DNA from: Promethearchaeota archaeon | Lineage (GTDB): Archaea; Asgardarchaeota; Lokiarchaeia; Sigyniarchaeales; SOKP01 | Length of the DNA stretch: 64,000 bases | Assembly (NCBI GenBank): GCA_019058445.1 | Contig: JAHPZA010000003.1 | Location: forward strand, 186,710-250,709 | Direction: 5' to 3' | In this document: positions 52,569-59,865 of the stretch, piece after piece | Numbering within the stretch: position 1 is the first letter of the stretch | Layout: each line of letters begins with the position of its first letter | Notes under the pieces: generated by a model | What the model saw: the letters and a program-made list of their open reading frames with translations, nothing else | Told to the model about the DNA's origin: nothing | Databases searched by the model: none | Program-made: the position numbers and the translations under genes

Positions 52569-53873
52569 ATGGTGAAAGAGATAGAAGTAGAACCTGTGAC
52601 TCGTTTAGAGGGGCATGGAGGATTAAGGATTGTCTTAGGAGATGATGGGAAAGTAAAAGATGCACAGTTTAATATTACCTCGACAAGATTTTTTGAGAAA
52701 TTCTGTGAAGGTCGTTATTGTGAGCATGTTCCACGAATTACTCCAAGAATTTGTGGTATTTGCCCAATTCCTCATCATTTAACACCTACCAAAGCAGTGG
52801 AAGATGCATGGGGCGTCCAAATCCCTGAACCTGCGCGAAAATTGCGCATTCTATTACAAAATGCGAAACAATATTCATCACATCTATTGCACTTTTATGC
52901 ATTAGCCGCACCTGATTTCTTATTAGGACCTTTTGCAGATCCCGCACTGAGAAATGTAGTCCATGTTATTAATAAAATGCCTGAAGTAGGCGCTATGGCT
53001 TTAAAAATGATGGATTTTGGACAAAAACTTTGTGCGGCAATAGGCGGCAAATCTGTCCATCCAATTTGTGCCATTGTGGGTGGTATGAAAAAACCATTGG
53101 ATGAAGATGTAAGAGATAAATTTCTCAAAGATGTTGATGAGCAAATAGAATTTACCAAAAAGACAGTCGAAATCGGATTAAAAGTGGTAGAGGATTACTG
53201 GGATGTCATAGCTAATGTGGGAGTTGTTCCAACTTATTATGTAGGGCTTACAAAAGATGGTGTCCATGATATTTATGAGGGGGATATACGTATTGTCACT
53301 CCAGAGGGAAAAAAAATCGATTACGCTCCGCAAAATTATCTAGATGCCTTAGGAGAGCACATTCCAGATCATTCTTATGCGACTCATATGTATTACAAGC
53401 CTGCGGGGTATCCTGAGGGGATTTATCGAGCAAATACTTTAGCTATGATTAATGCTGCCGATAAGATGGCCACACCATTGGCCAATGACGCATTAAAAGC
53501 CTTTAGGGAAAAGACCGGACCAATTTCACATCATACCTTTGCGTTTCATTGGGCAAGATTAATTGAAACCGTGGAAGCAATTGAAGTGATTGCTACTTTA
53601 CTTAAAGATCCTGACGTAGTTAATCCGGATTGTAAGACTCTGGATATAGAACCGAAAGAAGCTGCTGGAGTTGGAGTAACAGAAGCTCCAAGAGGATTAT
53701 TACTTTATAATATTTGGTCTGATGCGGCAGGAATCTGTAAGAAACTCAACCTCTTAGTTGCGACAAATCATAATATAGCGGGTATTGAAAAATCGTTGAT
53801 GCATGTGGCGAAGCAGGTATTTGAAGATAAAGCATTGGAGGGTTTAAAACTACCAGACCCCTGGATAAAATAA
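52569..53873 (+). CDS. vhuA: Group 3c hydrogenase large subunit lacking the L2 motif (VhuA-type, split)
   Basis: TRLEGHG, RFFE, L1 RICGICPIPH, EAPRG. Ends at ...DPWIK with no DPCxxC. Confidence 0.93.
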   Translation: MVKEIEVEPVTRLEGHGGLRIVLGDDGKVKDAQFNITSTRFFEKFCEGRYCEHVPRITPRICGICPIPHHLTPTKAVEDAWGVQIPEPARKLRILLQNAKQYSSHLLHFYALAAPDFLLGPFADPALRNVVHVINKMPEVGAMALKMMDFGQKLCAAIGGKSVHPICAIVGGMKKPLDEDVRDKFLKDVDEQIEFTKKTVEIGLKVVEDYWDVIANVGVVPTYYVGLTKDGVHDIYEGDIRIVTPEGKKIDYAPQNYLDALGEHIPDHSYATHMYYKPAGYPEGIYRANTLAMINAADKMATPLANDALKAFREKTGPISHHTFAFHWARLIETVEAIEVIATLLKDPDVVNPDCKTLDIEPKEAAGVGVTEAPRGLLLYNIWSDAAGICKKLNLLVATNHNIAGIEKSLMHVAKQVFEDKALEGLKLPDPWIK

Positions 53874-53929
53874 ATTTATTTATAATTTTTTAAAAATAAA
53901 AACCAAAATCTAAAAAAAAGTGAATAAAA

Positions 53930-54424
53930 ATGGTTGTTGTTGACTATGAATTAAGAAAAAAGGTAATGGATGCTCATATCCATGATGCTTTAAAATATTG
54001 TTATCAGTGCGCTCGTTGCACAGATGTGTGTCCCGTAGCGAAAGTTACAGATCAAAGATATAATCCACGACCAGTTATCATGAACTCGTTTTTAGGGTTA
54101 AACACATTTATGGGAGAAAAGGATAATTTTAGTCTTTGGGGATGTACTATTTGCGATACGTGCGATGAAGTCTGTCCTCAAAAAATTGAGTTAACTGAAA
54201 TATTTACTGTACTAAAGAACATGAGCATCGCAAGAGGAGAAGGTCCAGATTACTATACAACTCAAGCATCGACGATTTATGATACTGGAAAAGCAATACC
54301 GATGCAACCAGCCATCGAAAGGAGAAGAAAGGATTTGGGCCTCCCTGTGATCGAACCTCCTGATGCAGATGAGGTTAAAAAGTTGTTAAATGAAACAAAA
54401 TTAAATAAAATTTTAAAAAAATAG
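53930..54424 (+). CDS. hdrC: Heterodisulfide reductase subunit C (second copy)
   Basis: CYQCARCTDVCP and CTICDTCDEVCP. Confidence 0.88.
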   Translation: MVVVDYELRKKVMDAHIHDALKYCYQCARCTDVCPVAKVTDQRYNPRPVIMNSFLGLNTFMGEKDNFSLWGCTICDTCDEVCPQKIELTEIFTVLKNMSIARGEGPDYYTTQASTIYDTGKAIPMQPAIERRRKDLGLPVIEPPDADEVKKLLNETKLNKILKK

Positions 54425-54440
54425 AAAGAGAGGAATAAAT

Positions 54441-55328
54441 ATGGCAAAAACAGAAGAATATAAAATGTTCCAAGGATGTACTATTGGAAATCGGATCCCC
54501 TTTCTTGAAGCGTCCGCACGAAAAGTATTTGATAAACTGGGAATTAAAACCTCTGAAGCCCCTTTTGCATGTTGTCCAGATCCCGTAGGATTTAATTCCA
54601 CAGATCATTTAAGTTGGCTTGCAATGGGAGCGAGAAATCTTACAATTGCCGAAGATGAAGGAAAAGATATCATTTCTCTTTGTAACGGATGTTTTCAAAC
54701 GTTAAAACTTGTGAATAAAGAATTAATCCATGATGAACACGAGAAAGAAAAAATTAACGCTATCTTGAAAACAATTGGAAGAGAATTCAAAGGGACTATT
54801 AATGTAAAACATTTCGTAGAAGTGTTATATGACATTGGTGCTGATAAAATAAAAGAGAATGTTGTAAAAGAATTAGCAGGATTAAAAGTTGCTTGTCATA
54901 CAGGTTGTCATTACAATCGACCTTCTGAAATAGTTCAAACAGATGATCCCATGAAACCAATTAAATTAAGAGGAGTTGTTAAAGCCACAGGCGCAGTTCC
55001 AGTAGATTATGAGGAAGAAATGCTCTGTTGTGGGGCTGGAGTCGGTAATACTGAAGAAGAGCCAGCAATGCAAATTTTAAATAATAAAATAACCAGCGCG
55101 ATGAACGCTGGAGCAGAAGCGTTTATTGTCAATTGTCCTGCGTGTTTTCAGCAATTTGATACTAATCAGAAAAAAGCAGAAAAAATAGCGGGAAAAAATT
55201 TCGGAATTCCAGTGTTGTATGTGACTGAATTACTTGCATTGGCCTTTGGTGAGAAACCAGATGATTTAGGTTTGAAATTTCATCGTGTTAGACTGAGTGC
55301 TCTCTTAGAAAAACATGGACTTAGCTAG
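54441..55328 (+). CDS. hdrB: Heterodisulfide reductase subunit B (second copy)
   Basis: CCPDP, CNGC, GCHY, CCGAG, CPAC. Confidence 0.9.
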   Translation: MAKTEEYKMFQGCTIGNRIPFLEASARKVFDKLGIKTSEAPFACCPDPVGFNSTDHLSWLAMGARNLTIAEDEGKDIISLCNGCFQTLKLVNKELIHDEHEKEKINAILKTIGREFKGTINVKHFVEVLYDIGADKIKENVVKELAGLKVACHTGCHYNRPSEIVQTDDPMKPIKLRGVVKATGAVPVDYEEEMLCCGAGVGNTEEEPAMQILNNKITSAMNAGAEAFIVNCPACFQQFDTNQKKAEKIAGKNFGIPVLYVTELLALAFGEKPDDLGLKFHRVRLSALLEKHGLS

Positions 55329-55414
55329 AATAAAAGAAACTAACTTTATTATAATAACAAATATCTTTTAATTTAAAGAAAAAGATTAGCATTTAAAAAA
55401 GGTGGATATGAATT

Positions 55415-55567
55415 ATGAGTGAAGATGTGCCAGAAGGAGTTGTAAATCTCTTAGAAATGGTTGTCCGTTGTTTTGACTGCTGACTATCATGCGCCGCTCA
55501 TATAACTGTCGTTAATGAAGACGGTGAAGAGATATACAAACGTCAATTAAACGTTGGTTTAGGATGA
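55415..55567 (+). CDS. vhuU: Selenoprotein VhuU: MSEDVPEGVVNLLEMVVRCFDCULSCAAHITVVNEDGEEIYKRQLNVGLG (U = TGA 55481-55483)
   Basis: Manual translation. GGTGG SD upstream. The in-frame TGA sits at the Ni-ligand position of the L2 motif missing from VhuA, and a SECIS-like hairpin follows. Confidence 0.93.
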
Positions 55568-55623
55568 TTGTCCAATAAAAAACGGAGATTGGACATGACT
55601 GCCCTTGTGCGGGTATGACCAAC
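55553..55623 (+). promoter_or_regulatory. Eukaryote-type SECIS element
   Basis: ATGAT / TGTCCAAT / AAAAAACGGAG / ATTGGACA / TGAC gives a UGAN/NGAN core, perfect 8-bp helix and A-rich apical loop. GTTGGTT (55553) can pair with GACCAAC (55617). Confidence 0.85.
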
Positions 55624-55734
55624 AAAATTCTTATTTTTATATTTTTTAGCTTAGAATCATGGCTGAATATAGACCTATAATTGAGTATGGAAGTACTAAG
55701 AGTGTTCATCTGTAAAAAATAAGGAACTCTTTTT

Positions 55735-57048
55735 TTATTTTAATTTGCCAAAAAGGTTAAATCCCTCAACTTTTTTTATTTTTACTTCAACAAATTTGCC
55801 AAAGTTATCATCATATTTCTCAATAAAAATATTTTTATAAGCAAAATTTCTTCCAAAAGCTTGATGTTCTGCGGAACCCTTATGAAGTATTAATACTTCA
55901 CCTTGCCAGCCTTCCCATTTTTTATTCATATTGGAAAGGCTATTGCGGAAGATATTAGATAATCTAATAGATCTTTCCTTGATAGTTCTACTATCAAGTT
56001 GTTTCATATCCTTTGCTTTGGTTCCAGGTCGAGCAGTAAATTTAGAAATATTTAAAATCTCTGGTTTTAACCATTTTATAAAGTTAATTGTGCGATAAAA
56101 ATCGTATTCAGTTTCGCTGGGAAATCCACAGATAATATCAGTAGAAATCGTAAGATCTGGAAAATTTGCTCTTAAAACTTCAATTTTCTCTGCTATTTTC
56201 GAAATTAAGTAAGGTCTCTGCATTAATTTAAGGATTTTATTGCTTCCAGATTGAATAGGAATATGAAGAAATTGATATACTTTTTCTAAATTAAAAATCG
56301 AAATTAATTGATCAAAATTAGTGATTAAAAAACTTGGATTTATCATTCCTATTCTTAAAAAGAATTTGTATGGTAAATTGACAATAGATTTCACTAAATT
56401 GAATAGATTTATGTTATTATTTTGATAAGTGCTACAATCTTGAGAGGTTAAATATATCTGTTTAATACCTTGTTTTAGTTGGTATTTAACGTTCTCAATA
56501 ATTTTATGAGGATTATAGCAATTTAAACTACCACGAGCATTTTTTACACAACAATATGTACATGATCCTTCGCAGCCCTCTGATATAGGAATAATTCCAG
56601 TGATCTTTCCTTCAGTATGATCAATTAAATATTCTGCTTTGTCAATTGAATTATTTGTTTTAAGAATTAAATTCCTTTTTCCTTGCTTTATTTTTTCAAA
56701 TATTTCTGGTAATTCATGAATATTATCTAAATCAATAATAGCGGAAAATGTTGGAATTAGTTTCTTGACGACCTCTGTGTAATTTGGAGTGATATGTGGT
56801 AAACAACCAGCAATAATTATATGTTTATTAACATCATTAGAATATATCTTAAATAACTGCTTCAATCGTGATTTAATCTTATTCTCAGTTTGTTCTTTAA
56901 CGGCGCATGTATTAATAATAATGAATTCTGCTTTGTCTATTGATGTTTGATAATACTTATTTTTTTTTAAAATGCTAGAAATTATATAAGAATCAGCTTT
57001 ATTTGAAGTACATCCATATGTTTCAATATAAAAAGAATTGGCTTCCAA
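55735..57048 (-). CDS. mtaB: tRNA t6A37 methylthiotransferase (archaeal MtaB/CDKAL1 type)
   Basis: ETYGCTSN, NTCAVK, CEGSCTYC, HIPIQSGS, DIICGFPSET, TRAM-like C-terminus. Confidence 0.88.
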   Translation of the reverse strand: MEANSFYIETYGCTSNKADSYIISSILKKNKYYQTSIDKAEFIIINTCAVKEQTENKIKSRLKQLFKIYSNDVNKHIIIAGCLPHITPNYTEVVKKLIPTFSAIIDLDNIHELPEIFEKIKQGKRNLILKTNNSIDKAEYLIDHTEGKITGIIPISEGCEGSCTYCCVKNARGSLNCYNPHKIIENVKYQLKQGIKQIYLTSQDCSTYQNNNINLFNLVKSIVNLPYKFFLRIGMINPSFLITNFDQLISIFNLEKVYQFLHIPIQSGSNKILKLMQRPYLISKIAEKIEVLRANFPDLTISTDIICGFPSETEYDFYRTINFIKWLKPEILNISKFTARPGTKAKDMKQLDSRTIKERSIRLSNIFRNSLSNMNKKWEGWQGEVLILHKGSAEHQAFGRNFAYKNIFIEKYDDNFGKFVEVKIKKVEGFNLFGKLK

Positions 57049-57171
57049 AATCAGTTCATTTCAATAAGATTTAATAATCTATAAAAGAACTAATAATATA
57101 ACGATAAAAAATTTTTTTAAAAAAGCAGTCTAATATTAACAGAAATTTACTCATTAAAGTGGATGATCTAA

Positions 57172-57612
57172 ATGGTTAAAATTAAATATGCTTATTGCAA
57201 ATATTGCGATAAAGAAGTCCATAAACCTTCTCAAAAACCACTTGGTTCGATGCAAAAAAATTATTGGATCGTAATTTGTATTGCGACTTTAGGAATCGGC
57301 ATTATTGGGTACTATTTATACAAGAATTCTTTGAAAAAGAAAATATATTGCCCTACGTGTTATTCAAAATTAGAATTTTCATCTGAGCCTTTTGAAAAGC
57401 CTAAATTAGCAGAAACATTAACTGCAAAACAAAAGGCTATAGCGAAAGTTGAAAAGAAAAAAACCGGAAAGGTACCAGCAAAAAAGAAAGTTGAAAAGAA
57501 AGAGGTGGAGGTAGAACCAGAAGAAAAAAAACTAATATGTGAGTTATGTGGTGAAACTTTAAAAGAGAAAACTAAAACATGTCCTTACTGCGGTGCGCCT
57601 CTTAAATTTTGA
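57172..57612 (+). CDS. LITAF-like Zn/membrane domain plus C-terminal Zn ribbon protein
   Basis: CKYC - hydrophobic segment - CPTC; Lys/Glu linker; CELC...CPYC. Confidence 0.6.
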   Translation: MVKIKYAYCKYCDKEVHKPSQKPLGSMQKNYWIVICIATLGIGIIGYYLYKNSLKKKIYCPTCYSKLEFSSEPFEKPKLAETLTAKQKAIAKVEKKKTGKVPAKKKVEKKEVEVEPEEKKLICELCGETLKEKTKTCPYCGAPLKF

Positions 57613-57790
57613 AAAATACGGGAATATTATATCTTTATATATTTTTTTAAGTGAAAATAAAATTTATCAAAAATATAATAAAAAATAAATTAAAAGAAAA
57701 GAGTTTTAAACAATATATTATAAAAAGAAATTTAAAGAATATATTAAAAATAATATTAAAAAAAAAATAAAACAAAATAGAGGATGAATT

Positions 57791-58549
57791 ATGCCAAGAA
57801 AAGCTCCCTCAAGAGAGCCGGACCCGCTTGATGATTATAGCACCTGGGATGTTAGAATTGCAAGAGCTTATTACTATTCTTTCATAGCTTCAGCATTAAT
57901 TATGGTTATTGGGATCTGGGGTTTGATTCTTTCTGGTATTGATCCGGCAATATGGAAACAATATTTAGCGCTAGATGCTGGCTTCCAAGTCGCCATAGTT
58001 GCCGCATTTATTACTGGACATCTGATCTTACTTGTTCTTTTTTATGCCATGTTTAAAGGTGGTATTGTAAGAATGTGTAGAACCATATACAAAAATCGAA
58101 CTGTCGCTAAAAAATGGGAAGATTATACGTATCTTAGATGGTTGATGGGCGTTACCATATTGGGTATTTATGTAGTTGTGATTTCATTAATAATTGGATT
58201 CTTACCAGGGGGAACTATCAAGTTTATCTCTGATCTTACTCTTTGGGCACTTGAAAATTTTAATGTCGGCCATTGGATCTTATGGATAGGTTTTTGTGTT
58301 TTCCTAATAGTACTTTTCTTCTTTGTCATGTTCTGGGTATGGAACCATGGAGTGTACATAGTCTTAAGAAATATCAAAAAAATCGAGGAAGAAGAAGTCA
58401 TAGATATGGAAATCAAGAGAGATACTCTAAAGAAAATGTCCGAGGAAGAACGCCGAGCAGAATATAAGAAAGAAACTGGAAAAGATGCAGCATATCGAGG
58501 CAAAGATACCAGAGGATATAAAAATTGGAAGAAAAAATACGGCGTATAA
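57791..58549 (+). CDS. 4-TM membrane protein with charged C-terminal tail
   Basis: Four hydrophobic helices; YKKETGKDAAYRGKDTRGYKNW tail. Confidence 0.75.
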   Translation: MPRKAPSREPDPLDDYSTWDVRIARAYYYSFIASALIMVIGIWGLILSGIDPAIWKQYLALDAGFQVAIVAAFITGHLILLVLFYAMFKGGIVRMCRTIYKNRTVAKKWEDYTYLRWLMGVTILGIYVVVISLIIGFLPGGTIKFISDLTLWALENFNVGHWILWIGFCVFLIVLFFFVMFWVWNHGVYIVLRNIKKIEEEEVIDMEIKRDTLKKMSEEERRAEYKKETGKDAAYRGKDTRGYKNWKKKYGV

Positions 58550-58700
58550 AAAGCTTCGTAAAAAAACTTCTTTTAACAATTTCTTTTTTTACTTTTATTT
58601 TTTATTGATTTCTAATAATAAAGGAACCTTGATGAATCAATTAAATACATAATATTTTAAAAAAAATAAAATAAAAAAAATAGGAATTTAAGATTATGGT

Positions 58701-59624
58701 CTATCTCCTCATCAAGCGAGGATTTTTGTAAAGATCCATCTCTTGTTTGGGCACTTCGTAGTCGGAGGTTCCCGTTTTTTTCATGTCTTTAATGAAATAT
58801 TTGACGATTTTATATGCATCTTTCATAAAGAAACAAAGACACCCAAATAAAGTTAAAGAATCAACGAAAACTTTATCATTTGCGTACTCTTCATCATATA
58901 TTTCAATTTCAACGTCCTTAGTTATTTTTTGGTGGTCTATCTTCGCGACCTTCTTGGTTCCGATCAAAATATTGTAATCATTACCTGGAGCTATAACTCC
59001 CTTTGCTACTACCATTTGGAATTTATCATCCTTTTCTTCTGGAAGGAGTGGAAACGTCCAGCGAGTCCCTATGAAACGATACCCTCTAACAATTCGAGGG
59101 AGGCTAGTAGTGCGAGGAGTTTGAATAAAAAACACAGGAGCTGGATGTCTAACCTCCATGCTTTGAACTAAAGAATGGAGTATACTAAATTCAATCCCAC
59201 CTTTAAATGTACCTCCTTTTCCGACACCCATTTTTTCTTCCAATATGGTAAATAATCGAAGAATAAGTCTTCTATCCGCGGGATCTTTCGATTCCTCCCA
59301 GTCTTCTTTATTGAAAGCGATGATATATTTTTTCTCACCGTCAATTTCAACGACTCCTTCGATATCAAAGTCTTTTGCAAAGTATCGAGTTTTCGCTTGA
59401 TATTTTAGTGCTTGATAAATTCCTAATTCTTCACCATGTAGTCTTGTTCTCCATAAGTTACATCTAATTTTCTTATAAACGATTTTTTTAGGTTTAATTT
59501 CTTCAATCGGAGCCTCTTCTTCTGCTTCTTTTGTTGAAGCTTTCTTTGTTGAAGCTTTTTTTTTTGGAGCTTCCTCTTCCGGAATTTCCTCTATTGGAGC
59601 CTCTTCTTCTGCCATGTAAATCAC
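58701..59624 (-). CDS. Hypothetical protein, possible Tubby-C/LURP-one/scramblase fold
   Basis: Low-complexity N-terminus; beta-rich core ending DYNILIGTKKVAKID...EIEI, then a hydrophobic helix. Confidence 0.5.
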   Translation of the reverse strand: MIYMAEEEAPIEEIPEEEAPKKKASTKKASTKEAEEEAPIEEIKPKKIVYKKIRCNLWRTRLHGEELGIYQALKYQAKTRYFAKDFDIEGVVEIDGEKKYIIAFNKEDWEESKDPADRRLILRLFTILEEKMGVGKGGTFKGGIEFSILHSLVQSMEVRHPAPVFFIQTPRTTSLPRIVRGYRFIGTRWTFPLLPEEKDDKFQMVVAKGVIAPGNDYNILIGTKKVAKIDHQKITKDVEIEIYDEEYANDKVFVDSLTLFGCLCFFMKDAYKIVKYFIKDMKKTGTSDYEVPKQEMDLYKNPRLMRR

Positions 59625-59865
59625 ATTATAAAGTTTTAATTTTTAAATTTTTTTTAATAAATTTAATTTCTTTAGATTGTTTTTAATATTTTCTTAATCA
59701 AATTATAAAAACAATTATACCATATATAAGAATTCTTATATTTCAATTTAATTAGTTTTAAAATTCTGATATCCTAATAAAATGAGTTTATAAATTACTA
59801 AGTTTAATTTATTAATTATTTTTAAGATAAAAAATAGGATTGTTTCTTACTTATTATTATTTTTA

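Noticed and set aside
52569-53873. Hydrogenase large subunit as a truncated pseudogene
   Set aside because: The missing L2 segment is supplied by vhuU.
55565-55617. Read-through of the second TGA of vhuU as a further Sec
   Set aside because: That TGA lies inside the SECIS core, and the extension (LSNKKRRLDMTALVRV) resembles nothing in hydrogenases.
55512-55709. 65-aa minus-strand ORF in the ORF track
   Set aside because: It is antisense to vhuU and the SECIS and has no recognisable motif, so it is a shadow ORF.
55626-55727. Possible second structured RNA downstream of the SECIS
   Set aside because: The pairing relies on A/T tracts and G-U pairs and has no SECIS core. It is more likely the terminator region between convergent genes.
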